Of a DNA stretch of 64,000 bases, positions 9,239 to 18,651 are shown piece by piece. The notes under the pieces are model-generated. The model saw nothing but the letters and a program-made list of their open reading frames with translations, ran no database searches and was not told where the DNA came from. Every line of letters starts with the position of its first letter. Within the stretch, counting starts at the first letter, position 1. Origin of the DNA: Terriglobia bacterium (lineage in GTDB: Bacteria > Acidobacteriota > Terriglobia > 2-12-FULL-54-10); the NCBI GenBank assembly GCA_963666975.2, contig CAXVYR010000002.1, forward strand, positions 128,001 through 192,000. Direction: 5' to 3'. The position numbers and the translations under genes are program-made.

Positions 9239-9389
9239 CCAGGGTGCCCGAGGGAATCTGTTGATGCTACAAAAAGACGTTGAAATGCTCCTGCTCGCAA
9301 ATGCAATTGGCGCCCCAAGCAAAACCAGGGTGCCCGAGGGAATCTGTTGATGCTACAAAAAGACGTTGAAATGCTCCTGCTCGCAAATG
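9239..9389. repeat. 65-bp direct repeat with 21-bp spacer, duplicating the kinase start
   Basis: CCAGGGTGCCCGAGGG...CTGCTCGCAAATG at 9239-9303 and 9325-9389. Confidence 0.92.
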
Positions 9390-10921
9390 ACCTGAGCGAC
9401 CCGAATGATGCCGACTTGGTTCGTCGCGCCTTCAGCCGGGAAAATTTGGCAGGCCTCCCTTCTGACCGCGTTGAGGTGGCGCGCGATGGCGAAGACCTGC
9501 TGGACCTGCTTCTTTGCCGCGGACGGTTCGCCAACCGTCACTCTTGTGACCTGCCGCGTCTTGTGATGCTGGATTTGAAATCATCTCAGGGGGCCGGAGG
9601 AATGGAAGTCCCCCAAGAGACCGCGACTGCCGCCAGTGGCCGGCGCTTCCCGCTCCTTATTCTGAAGCCCTCGCAAGAACAACAAGCGGAAAAGAAGCCG
9701 GCAGATCATCTTCCGTCCGCGCCGATGGAAGGGGTTTTGAATGACACCGGCAAGCAGAAGAATCTTGGACAGATGCGCCAGCAGTCCCAACAGATGGAGG
9801 CCATGGGACGGCTGGCTTCCGGAATCACTCACGATTTCAACAACCTGCTGATGACCATTAAGGATTGCAGTAATCGGTTGATGGAGCAGCTCGGCGGCAA
9901 TGAGACACTGTGCCGGGATGCCGGCGAGATTCACAGAACCGCTGAGCGTGCCGCCTCGCTGACGGGCCAGCTTTTGGCTTTCAGCCGCCGGCAGGTTTTA
10001 GAACCCCGGATGGTGGAACCCAATCATGTCCTTACCGATATGAGTCAGGTGCTGCGGCGGCTGGTTGGCAAGGACATTGAACTGCTTACCGCTTACCGTC
10101 CGAAGCTGGGACAAGTGAAAGTCAACCCGGGACAGCTCGAGCAGGTCATCCTCAACCTGGCCGTCAATGCTCGCGACGCCATGCCGCAGGGAGGGAAACT
10201 CACCATCGAAACGGCGAACGTAGAACTGGACGAGACCTCCGCCCACGCCCTAGATGCCGTGCAACCTGGCCCCTATGTGATGCTTGCGGTGAGTGATACT
10301 GGTTGCGGTATGGATCCGGAAATACAAACTCGTATTTTGGAGCCATTCTTCACAACGAAGCAACAAAGCAAAGGAACCGGGCTAGGACTTGCCATCGTCA
10401 ATGAAATTGTTAAAAAGAACGGGGGGCACATCGCGGTCTACAGTAAACCGGGATGGGGCACGGCGGTCAAGGTCTTCCTGCCGCGGCACCGGGAAGCAGC
10501 AAAGGCTGCCGGGTCCCCCAGGCCAGCCCACAGTCCGAAGACTGTCCTGCTGGTGGAAGACCAAAAAGCGGTCCGGGAGATCGTAGGCACAACCCTGCAG
10601 AGGAACGGATATACGGTGCTAGAGGCGCATAACAGCGCTGAGGCTACCCACATCTGTGGACAGCATGACGGACCAATCCACTTGATGCTGACCGATGTGT
10701 TCATGCCCGATATGAACGGCGGGGATCTGGCCTCACACCTTTCAGCTTTGCGCCCGGACATGAAGGTGCTTTACATGTCGGGATACACCGGCAGCTTCAT
10801 TTTCCACCACGGCATCTTAAACCCGCATGCGGACCTTATTCAGAAACCGTTTTCTCCAAATGACTTAACGCGCAGAATAGATGAGGTACTCACAGAGGTC
10901 AGGGCGGGATCAGACGGCTAG
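9347..10921 (+). CDS. Hybrid histidine kinase (truncated REC - HisKA - HATPase - REC)
   Basis: H-box GITHDFNNLL, NLAVNARDAM, DTGCGM, PFFTTK, GTGLGL; C-terminal receiver LTDVFMP...KPF. Confidence 0.9.
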   Translation: MMLQKDVEMLLLANDLSDPNDADLVRRAFSRENLAGLPSDRVEVARDGEDLLDLLLCRGRFANRHSCDLPRLVMLDLKSSQGAGGMEVPQETATAASGRRFPLLILKPSQEQQAEKKPADHLPSAPMEGVLNDTGKQKNLGQMRQQSQQMEAMGRLASGITHDFNNLLMTIKDCSNRLMEQLGGNETLCRDAGEIHRTAERAASLTGQLLAFSRRQVLEPRMVEPNHVLTDMSQVLRRLVGKDIELLTAYRPKLGQVKVNPGQLEQVILNLAVNARDAMPQGGKLTIETANVELDETSAHALDAVQPGPYVMLAVSDTGCGMDPEIQTRILEPFFTTKQQSKGTGLGLAIVNEIVKKNGGHIAVYSKPGWGTAVKVFLPRHREAAKAAGSPRPAHSPKTVLLVEDQKAVREIVGTTLQRNGYTVLEAHNSAEATHICGQHDGPIHLMLTDVFMPDMNGGDLASHLSALRPDMKVLYMSGYTGSFIFHHGILNPHADLIQKPFSPNDLTRRIDEVLTEVRAGSDG

Positions 10922-11706
10922 GCTAGGGGCAAGCGGATGTGGAAACATCTTCCCTGCTCCTTTTTGCTCTCCACCTGAATGGTGCCATTTAGTATTTCGA
11001 TGGTCCGCTTTGCCACCGATAGTCCCAGGACGTTTTTGTCAATGCCCCCGCCAGTGATTGCCGGAGGGTGGTAGAAGGGATCAAAGAGCCGTGCCAATCC
11101 CTCAGGTGAAACGCGGGAGCCCGTGTCGGAGATGTCCAGACACGCCTCCGTTCCGGAACGCTTGAGTGAAAGGCGCACAACCCCTTCCTCCGGGGTGCGG
11201 CTGATGGCGTTGCCGATCAAGTTCACGAGGGCCTGTTGCAACCGTTTTTCATTGGCAACCACGGACAGATTGTCTTCACACTGGACAACGAGGCGCGTTT
11301 TTTGGACCTCAGCAATGGGGAGCAAATCTCTCGCGAGATCGTTTACCAGCGTGCTGAGCGAAGCCGTTTCCGTCGCAGCGGCTAAAGTTTCCGCCTCGGC
11401 CAGTTCTCTCAAGAAAACATTCACCTGGATCAACCGGTCCGCCTGCTCCAGAGCCTGCTCCAGCCACGCGCGGCGATCCTCAGCGCTCCATTCCTTCTCG
11501 AGAGCCAGCTCCAGCGAACCACGCAATACCGTCAACGGCTGGGCCATCTCGTGCGAGACGGCAGACAGGAATGTGCGGCTGACTCGCTGCGGCTGTTTCA
11601 CCAGTTCGCGATCTTTACGAAGGTCCGCCGGTAGTTTCTTTGCAACCTTTCCCGCCCTGCGCCCCGCGCTGCCAGGAAGACGGCCTCGCCCGGACTTAGG
11701 GCTCAT
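10918..11706 (-). CDS. Sensor-less histidine kinase
   Basis: SHEMAQPLT H-box, NLIGNAI, DTG, FDPFY; no TM or sensor domain. Confidence 0.8.
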   Translation of the reverse strand: MSPKSGRGRLPGSAGRRAGKVAKKLPADLRKDRELVKQPQRVSRTFLSAVSHEMAQPLTVLRGSLELALEKEWSAEDRRAWLEQALEQADRLIQVNVFLRELAEAETLAAATETASLSTLVNDLARDLLPIAEVQKTRLVVQCEDNLSVVANEKRLQQALVNLIGNAISRTPEEGVVRLSLKRSGTEACLDISDTGSRVSPEGLARLFDPFYHPPAITGGGIDKNVLGLSVAKRTIEILNGTIQVESKKEQGRCFHIRLPLA

Positions 11707-12388
11707 GTTCCGCCTCTTTGTCTGCCCCCAGTTGGTAACCTACCCCGCGAATCGTGCGAATCAGCTTGCTGCTAAACCCTTCGTCCACCCGCTTCCTCAA
11801 ATAATTGATGTAGACGTCCACCACGTTGGTCATGGTGTCGAACGAGAGGTTCCAAACATGCTCGATAATCATCGCCCGGGTCACCCGCCGTCCGGAGTTC
11901 AGCATCAGATATTCCAGCAGCGCATATTCTTTCGGAGTCAGGTCAATACGCTGCTCCGCCCGTTTCACGGTTCGCTCCACCCGGTCCATCTCTAAATCTT
12001 CCACGCGCAGAAGCGACTCCGCGGGCCGTCCGCCCCGTCGCAGCAAGGCGCGGACCCGGGCCGAGAATTCGACAAACGAAAAGGGCTTGACCATGTAGTC
12101 ATCCGCGCCCAGGTCCAGGCCCTTTACGCGGTCTTCCACACGGCTGCGCGCCGTCAAGATCAGCACGGGGAGCGTGCCCTTTTTAGCGCGAATGCGCTTT
12201 AACACTTCCAGTCCATCGGCCCTCGGGAGATTCAAATCCAGAACCAGCAGATCGTAGTCGTACTCCTCGGCCATGAATTGGGCCTCTTCCCCGTCTTGGG
12301 CCACATCCACGGCATGGTATTCGGCTTCCAGCCCCTTGCGGAGAAAGGTGGCCAGAGAGCTATCGTCTTCCGCGGCCAAAACCCGCAT
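11696..12388 (-). CDS. OmpR-family response regulator
   Basis: MRVLAAEDD...LDLNLP...GADDYMVKPF; winged helix VVDVYINYLRKR...TIRGVGY. Confidence 0.93.
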   Translation of the reverse strand: MRVLAAEDDSSLATFLRKGLEAEYHAVDVAQDGEEAQFMAEEYDYDLLVLDLNLPRADGLEVLKRIRAKKGTLPVLILTARSRVEDRVKGLDLGADDYMVKPFSFVEFSARVRALLRRGGRPAESLLRVEDLEMDRVERTVKRAEQRIDLTPKEYALLEYLMLNSGRRVTRAMIIEHVWNLSFDTMTNVVDVYINYLRKRVDEGFSSKLIRTIRGVGYQLGADKEAEHEP

Positions 12389-12721
12389 GGTTTTAGCACA
12401 ACCTTCCCTTGGGCGCAGTTTCGGCTTCCAGTCTAAAATCCGCGGCCAAAACCCGCATTTGCAACAGTCTAAAATCATTTCCTTCGACCATCTCTGCCAG
12501 CCGTGGGGAATGGCGGCATAGCCAGCCTCGCACGACAGGCGCGATTTATTGCTTAACAACGAATTGCAATTGTAACAGGAGCATCCTTGCACGCCAAGGT
12601 GTTCCATTCCAGCCTATGGAACCCGCGCAAGGTCATGATTCGGATTCCGGAAAGCGGGCCGTATCGATTCGGTTGCATATGGGGCTGGGCAGGGATTGGG
12701 GCACTACTCCTGGCAGCCGAG

Positions 12722-13978
12722 TTATCGCTTGCTCTTGGCAAATTCACCGATAGAGTGCAAGGCTTGCCGCAGCGTCTCTTCGGGCGGAAGGAAAACTATG
12801 CGGAAGTGGTTGGTTCCGGGCTGCTGGCCGAATCCGCTGCCGGGGACAACAACTACGCCTGTCTCCCGGATGAGATCGGTGACAAACTCCTGGTCGGTCT
12901 CGGCGATCTCCAGGCGCGGAAAAGCATAAAACGCCGCTTGGGGACGGACACAACTGATCCCGGGAATCGAATTCAGCAACGAATCGGTAATGTCCCGCCG
13001 CCGCCGCAACTTTTCTATCATTTCGGGAATATGCCCCTGGTCTGCTTCCAGCGCCGGGCGAATGGCGAACTGTTGCGGATGATTGGCGCACAGGCGCACT
13101 CGCAGCATCTTGCCGATGGCCTCTTGATAATCGGCGACATTTTTCCCCTGTCCGCTGAGAATCCCCCACCCGATTCGAAATCCTGGAACCAAGTACGCTT
13201 TGGAGAGTCCGTTGAGGGTGACCACGGGCAGCTCCGGCGCCAGAGACGCCAGCGAAATCGCCGGAATCGGGTCCAGCACCAGCTTGCTGTAAATCTCATC
13301 GGAGAAGGCAACCAAACCATGCCGGGCAACGAGTTCCAGGATGCCCGACAGCACTTCCCGGCTGTAGACCGCGCCGGTGGGGTTGTTGGGATTGATGACC
13401 ACGATGCCCCGAGTCCTGCCGTTGATGCTGCGGGCAATCTCGTCCGGGTCCGGCTGCCAGCCGTTGCTCTCCTGCAAATAGTATGGGACACCCTCGCAAC
13501 CAAATTTGGCGAGCGCCGCCTCGTACAGCGGGTATCCCGGAGAAGGAATCAGAAGATTGTCGCCGGGATCGAGCAAGCCGGCCAGGGCAATTTCAATCGC
13601 CTCGCTGGCGCCGGAGGTGACAAACACATCCTGGATGTTTTCGATGCCCTGCCTGCTGGCGTCATCGCGGATCGCCTCGATTGCTTCTCCTAAGCCGGAC
13701 GAGGGGGCATAGCCATTCATGCCGGCAAGCATTGCCTGATAGGTGGCCTCGATGATGTGTGCCGGGGTGCTGAAGTCAAATTGCAAGGGATCGCCGATAT
13801 TGAGCGAGATAATCCTCTTGCCGTCCTCCACGGCCTGGGCGGCGGCGTGAAGAATATCCCGTATGGCGTAGCGCATCTCGGCGGAACCCCGGGAGGGCCT
13901 TACCACTCCGCCCACCCCGGCAGTCAATGTGCTGCTTCCAGGCTGACCAGCGACTTCTTTTTGAGAGTTGGCTTTCAT
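12722..13978 (-). CDS. Class I/II PLP aminotransferase (AlaA-like)
   Basis: LNIGDP, NPNNPTG, DEIY and GLSKAYLVPGFRIGW motifs. Confidence 0.9.
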   Translation of the reverse strand: MKANSQKEVAGQPGSSTLTAGVGGVVRPSRGSAEMRYAIRDILHAAAQAVEDGKRIISLNIGDPLQFDFSTPAHIIEATYQAMLAGMNGYAPSSGLGEAIEAIRDDASRQGIENIQDVFVTSGASEAIEIALAGLLDPGDNLLIPSPGYPLYEAALAKFGCEGVPYYLQESNGWQPDPDEIARSINGRTRGIVVINPNNPTGAVYSREVLSGILELVARHGLVAFSDEIYSKLVLDPIPAISLASLAPELPVVTLNGLSKAYLVPGFRIGWGILSGQGKNVADYQEAIGKMLRVRLCANHPQQFAIRPALEADQGHIPEMIEKLRRRRDITDSLLNSIPGISCVRPQAAFYAFPRLEIAETDQEFVTDLIRETGVVVVPGSGFGQQPGTNHFRIVFLPPEETLRQALHSIGEFAKSKR

Positions 13979-14083
13979 CCAGAAACCGAGCTTTCTATTA
14001 TTTGGGGCCGCACGAAAACATTGCGGCCGTTTTGTGCGGAAAACCGGACCCGTCCTGCGCTGGCAAGCGGACGACTGTCCGCC

Positions 14084-15808
14084 TCAGGCAAGCGTGGCCG
14101 CGCGGCTCATTTTCAGCTGGCCGCTCTTGAAAACGGTATCCAAAGCCATCGCTGCGTCCGGATCAAATCTCTTGCCTACGAGGGAGAGTATGTGCTCGAT
14201 GGCTACGCCGGGGTCCATGGCGGACTGATAAGGCCGGTGAGTCGTCATGGCATCGAAGGTGTCGGCCACGGCGATAATGCGGGCTAACCTGGGAATCTCG
14301 TTCTCTTGCAATCCGTAGGGATAGCCGCGGCCATCCAGCGATTCATGATGCAGCTCGACGCCGGGAATCATCTCTGCCAACTGGCTTACGCGCCGCAGGA
14401 TGGCGGCCCCTTTTTGCGTATGTTGTTTCATGATGGCAAACTCTTCTTGCGTCAGAACTCCCGGCTTATTCAGAATCTTGTCCGCAATTCCTATTTTGCC
14501 GACATCGTGCAGGTGAGCAGAAACCCGAACCGTTTCGATTTCCTCATCCGGCAAACCCAGGTTGGCAGCGATCATCACAGAATAGCGGGCCACGCGTTCC
14601 GAGTGGCCGTGGGTATAGGGATCTTTCTCATCGACGGCGGCGGCAATCATCCGGATGGAATCGAGAAACAGTTTGTGGTTTTCTTCCGCGGCTGCTTTCA
14701 GCTTCTCCACGTAAAGCTCCAGGTCGGAGCTCATCAAGTTAAAGGTCGTAGCCAGTTCGCCAATCTCGGTTCGGCTGACCAGGTGGACGCGGGTGGAAAA
14801 ATCCCCCCGGGAAATGGCCCGGCGGGATTCGGTCAGCACTCGAATGGGATGCACGATTCGCAGGGTGAGGACATAGCCCAGCCCCAGGCAGATCAGCAAA
14901 ACGATCACGCCCCAGAAGGTGGTGTAGGAGATCATCTCCGACACATTGACGTAGGCGACCTCCTCCTTCTTTTGCGCAATCACGGCCCACTGCAAGGACT
15001 GCACGGGCGAATACGTGCCGACCATCGGCACCGGTTCATCCTCAATCATCAGGTCAAACGAACTGGTCTCCGCCGCTCTGGCACGGCCCCCCCAACTGAG
15101 AAACTGCTGGATAATAGGGGAATCGCTCATATCTCGCCCAATCGAGCTGCCTTCCGGGTTCGGCGTGAGGACCAAGCGGCCGGTATTGTTCACCACAAAC
15201 GCCTCCAGCCCCCGCTTGCTGTTGGAAACCAGCCGGTCCACCAGAAACTGCAGATCGACCACGACCGCCAGCATGCCTTGAAACCGGTTGCCCCGCAGGA
15301 TGGGCCTCGACACCACCATGCTGGGAAACTGGCTCTGCTCCTGCGTGATCATCACCGGGTCGCTCTGGTAATCGATGCCCTGCTCGGAGGCTGCAAAGGC
15401 TTTCTTCAAAACCTCTATGAGGAAGGGATCGGTGTCGGCGTCATATGTGCCTTCGGAGGGACCCCGTCCTTGAGCGTCCGTAAGGGTCACATAGATGATG
15501 TGGCTGGAAGGGCTGACAAACCGTTTCAGCTTTTCTCTCAAATCAGGACTGTTGAATCCCTCCTGGCTGTCAAAAAGGCTGGTGTGGACGTCCAGCAGCA
15601 AGTTGTCAAACTGCTGCTGGAAACTGGCGTTGTAAATGTTGATCTCTCTGGCAATCGAAACCGCGATGGTGTTCTGGAGCTCCATTTCATTGGTTTCGAG
15701 CGTTCGCCGATTGCTGGTTATCATCTGGTGGGCGTAAAAGACAAGAGGACCTACGCTGGCCAGCACCAGAACACTCAAAATTACGTATAGGATTCGAACA
15801 CGCTTCAT
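14084..15808 (-). CDS. Membrane HD-GYP phosphodiesterase with Cache and HAMP domains
   Basis: Two TM segments, HAMP, DPYTHGHSERV, HDVGK, HHE..DG.GYP, VADTFDAM; GGAGG RBS. Confidence 0.9.
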   Translation of the reverse strand: MKRVRILYVILSVLVLASVGPLVFYAHQMITSNRRTLETNEMELQNTIAVSIAREINIYNASFQQQFDNLLLDVHTSLFDSQEGFNSPDLREKLKRFVSPSSHIIYVTLTDAQGRGPSEGTYDADTDPFLIEVLKKAFAASEQGIDYQSDPVMITQEQSQFPSMVVSRPILRGNRFQGMLAVVVDLQFLVDRLVSNSKRGLEAFVVNNTGRLVLTPNPEGSSIGRDMSDSPIIQQFLSWGGRARAAETSSFDLMIEDEPVPMVGTYSPVQSLQWAVIAQKKEEVAYVNVSEMISYTTFWGVIVLLICLGLGYVLTLRIVHPIRVLTESRRAISRGDFSTRVHLVSRTEIGELATTFNLMSSDLELYVEKLKAAAEENHKLFLDSIRMIAAAVDEKDPYTHGHSERVARYSVMIAANLGLPDEEIETVRVSAHLHDVGKIGIADKILNKPGVLTQEEFAIMKQHTQKGAAILRRVSQLAEMIPGVELHHESLDGRGYPYGLQENEIPRLARIIAVADTFDAMTTHRPYQSAMDPGVAIEHILSLVGKRFDPDAAMALDTVFKSGQLKMSRAATLA

Positions 15809-16001
15809 ATCACGTCCTCCAGAAGTATGGAGGGCACGCCGGCGGGACTCAAGCACTGTTGTAGAAAATCATCCGCCAAGCCACAAGGGAACAGATCGTT
15901 AGCTTGCAAGTTCCTCTAACGGCTCCCTCCTCAAAGGGTTCGGCGACTCTGACGCCGAAATAACCTGGCAATACAACGGCATATCCGGGTTGGCTCCCCA
16001 C

Positions 16002-16049
16002 CCAACAATCCAACAATCCAATGATCCAATAACCCAATGGTCCAATGAC
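16002..16049. repeat. Six 8-bp tandem units CCAAYRRY
   Basis: CCAACAAT CCAACAAT CCAATGAT CCAATAAC CCAATGGT CCAATGAC. Confidence 0.85.
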
Positions 16050-16204
16050 CCGGCGGTCCCAACTTGCCAGCTCAAGCTCCACGGATCAGGGAACCAGGCA
16101 AGAAACCGTCCCTCTCCTATCGTAGCATGATACAATGTCGCTCTGTTACAAGACCGTTTCATAACAAAGGCCTTGTTCACTTTTTCCACACGAGGGTCGC
16201 CATA

Positions 16205-16831
16205 ATGATTTCCGTGGGTCTCACAGGAGGGATCGGATGCGGCAAGTCCACCGTGGCAGGAATCTTTGCCTCCTTCGGTGCTGTTTCCGTTAACTCCGAC
16301 GAAATTGGCAGAACGTTAATGCAGCCCGGCAACGTTGTATACGACCGGATCGTCAGCGGATTCGGGTCCGAGATGGTCGATGCCAGCGGCCAGTTGGACC
16401 GCGTCAAGCTAGCCGACATCGTCTTCCATAACTTGGAAAAATTAAAGCACCTGAATGCCATTGTCCACGCTCCGGTGCTCCGGGAGATTGACCGCCAAGT
16501 GCAACTGGCCCGCCGGAAAGATCCCAATGCCGTAATCCTGGTGGAGTCGGCGGTCTTGTTCGAAGCGGGACAGAACCGCCGCTTCGACAAGATGGTTGTG
16601 GTGTGGTGCAACCCCGAACAGCAAGTGGAAAGATACGTGGCCCAATCCCGCATTTCCGTTGAGGATGTCCGGCGGCGCATGGACGCTCAAATGTCCAGCG
16701 AGGAGAAAAAGCGGCTGGCCGACTTCGTCATCGACACATCCGGTTCGATGGAGGATTCCGAAAAACAGTCCAGAGAGATTTTCACCCAACTCCAGACTCT
16801 GGCCACCGCCCAAACCCGGACCGCTTACTAG
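16205..16831 (+). CDS. coaE: Dephospho-CoA kinase
   Basis: VGLTGGIGCGKSTV, LDR..LADIVF, LNAIVH and ADFVID motifs. Confidence 0.93.
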   Translation: MISVGLTGGIGCGKSTVAGIFASFGAVSVNSDEIGRTLMQPGNVVYDRIVSGFGSEMVDASGQLDRVKLADIVFHNLEKLKHLNAIVHAPVLREIDRQVQLARRKDPNAVILVESAVLFEAGQNRRFDKMVVVWCNPEQQVERYVAQSRISVEDVRRRMDAQMSSEEKKRLADFVIDTSGSMEDSEKQSREIFTQLQTLATAQTRTAY

Positions 16832-16860
16832 CGGTTAACCCATTTTCACAGTTCGTGTAT

Positions 16861-16981
16861 AGTCCGAGCCGCGCGTGCCTGTTCCGAGTGAAGACGAGGG
16901 ATCAGCAAGCGAGTCCGCAGATTACGCAGAACGATATCTGTGAAATCTGCGCAATCTGTGGATGCGGCCGGGGCTCGGATG
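16861..16981. repeat. REP-like element, CCGAGCCGCG family
   Basis: TCCGAGCC...GGCTCGGA termini; matches 6474-6572; lies between convergent genes. Confidence 0.75.
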
Positions 16982-17087
16982 GATTGTGATGTAATCACCC
17001 TGCTAGTGGCACAAGAAATCGGTCTGGTCCCCGTTCCATCGCCGCTTTTATCTGACGCGGTTCCGGGACCCCTCCCCTGCCAACCTC

Positions 17088-17729
17088 TCACCGTTTGATA
17101 ATCGGGCGGAAACCGTCCTGTTCGAGAAGTATCCTGGTCTGCTCCGCATCTAATTCACTGCTGTACGGGCCCACCACCACGTGAAAGAGCGGGTCGGTGC
17201 TGCTAGAGGTCACCAGAACCGGAAGGTTTCTCTCCTTGAGCAGGTTGACGAGCGCTTGGGCGTCTTCGCGGCGAGTCAGCGCCGAAACCTGCACCAGGAT
17301 GCCCGGCGGAGGTTGCAGAGTAACTTCGCCTTCCTGTTCTGGGCCTTCCTGTTCGGAAGGCTGCGGCGCGCCGGCAGAAGGGTCGCTGAAGGGATCGGGA
17401 GGCAACAGCGCGGTCTGGGGTGTTTCCTCCTCGACCCTTTCGTAGAAGTTCAAATCCGTGGCCGATGCCGATGGGTCCAAGCGGTCGCCGGCTGGCCGCT
17501 GCCCCTGGTCGATGTAGGCTGGCGGCGGCATCGCGCTCGGCTTTTCTTCCTCCTCAGCCGTCGGCGGAGTTGCCTGGGCCACGGCAGTAGAGGCGGAGAA
17601 CGTGTTGCGGCCGATGATGTAGCCGAGCGAAAAAAATACTCCGCTCAGAGCAACGATCCCAAAGAAAATCAACAGCACCTGTCGATTTTCCAGGACCAAT
17701 TCCACCTGCCCATCTCGGTTTTTGCTCAT
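17088..17729 (-). CDS. SPOR-domain cell-division protein
   Basis: N-terminal TM (FFSLGY), Pro/Glu-rich linker, VQVSAL...VVVGPY...L...GF SPOR domain. Confidence 0.85.
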   Translation of the reverse strand: MSKNRDGQVELVLENRQVLLIFFGIVALSGVFFSLGYIIGRNTFSASTAVAQATPPTAEEEEKPSAMPPPAYIDQGQRPAGDRLDPSASATDLNFYERVEEETPQTALLPPDPFSDPSAGAPQPSEQEGPEQEGEVTLQPPPGILVQVSALTRREDAQALVNLLKERNLPVLVTSSSTDPLFHVVVGPYSSELDAEQTRILLEQDGFRPIIKR

Positions 17730-17844
17730 AGCGCCTCGCTTTCACCGGGCGGCCGAACGGCCGCCATTCCCTTGACAGTCCCTGTCTTCATCCGTCTCTG
17801 CCCTCGTCGCTTCGGGGCAACCCACAGAAGGTCTATCCTTGCAT

Positions 17845-18648
17845 TCATGCCTTTTTCTCACCCTCAGAAGAACTCCCGCCGCCGCCCGATGCGTTCCCCG
17901 TAAGTCCCAGATTCGTGAAGATATCCACCGGCAAGGGAAACACAATGGTGGTGTTCTTCTCGATCCCGATCTCGGTGAGAGTTTGCAGGTAGCGCAACTG
18001 AATGGAGACGGGCTCAGCGGCCAGAATGGCGGAGGCCTCTGCGAGTTTCGTAGAAGCGGACAGCTCCCCTTCAGCGTGAATAATCTTGGCCCGTTTTTCG
18101 CGCTCCGCCTCCGCCTGTTTCGAGATGGCGCGGACCATCTGCTCGGGAATCTCCACCTGCTTGACCTCCACCTTGGAAACCTTGATTCCCCAGGGGTCCG
18201 TATGCTGGTCCAGGATGGTTTGCAGGCGGGCATTCAGTTTTTCCCGCTGGCTGAGCAGGTCATCGAACTCCACCTCGCCCAGGACGCTGCGCAGCGTGGT
18301 CTGGGCCAACTGGCTGGTGGCATAGAGGTAGTTCTCCACTTGCACCACCGCCTTATTGGGATCAATCACCCGGAAGTAGATCACTGCATTCACCTTCACG
18401 GTGACGTTGTCCCGCGTGATGGTTTCCTGCGGGGGGATATCCAGAGTGATGATCCGCAGCGAGACGCGCACGATGCGATCGATCGGCGAAAAGACCAGAA
18501 TGAGTCCCGGCCCTTTAGCCTGGGGCAACAGGCGTCCCAGCCGGAAGATCACGCCCCTTTCATATTCGGAGAGAATCTTGATGACTGAAAGCAGGTAGAT
18601 ACCGACGATCACCAGCGCGACCGTGGGCAGGGAAAGAGATAGAGGCAT
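17845..18648 (-). CDS. Slipin/stomatin-like SPFH protein
   Basis: [27 protein letters not shown] and QLRYLQTL motifs. Confidence 0.93.
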   Translation of the reverse strand: MPLSLSLPTVALVIVGIYLLSVIKILSEYERGVIFRLGRLLPQAKGPGLILVFSPIDRIVRVSLRIITLDIPPQETITRDNVTVKVNAVIYFRVIDPNKAVVQVENYLYATSQLAQTTLRSVLGEVEFDDLLSQREKLNARLQTILDQHTDPWGIKVSKVEVKQVEIPEQMVRAISKQAEAEREKRAKIIHAEGELSASTKLAEASAILAAEPVSIQLRYLQTLTEIGIEKNTTIVFPLPVDIFTNLGLTGNASGGGGSSSEGEKKA

Positions 18649-18651
18649 ACA

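Noticed and set aside
9239-9389. Repeat-spacer-repeat as a mini CRISPR array
   Set aside because: The repeat is 65 bp with only two copies, it contains a gene start, and no cas genes are present
12697-12716. Sigma54 promoter GGGCAC-TACTC-CTGGC
   Set aside because: Spacing gives GG-N10-GG rather than GC, and there is no downstream gene on that strand
4320-12720. Intact integrative element at tRNA-Gln
   Set aside because: No integrase and no duplicated tRNA 3' end were found by eye
14306-15790. Long antisense ORFs (also 20567-22018, 29974-31416, 35738-37027, 62640-63473 and others)
   Set aside because: Shadow frames opposite well-supported genes in GC-rich DNA, with no motifs
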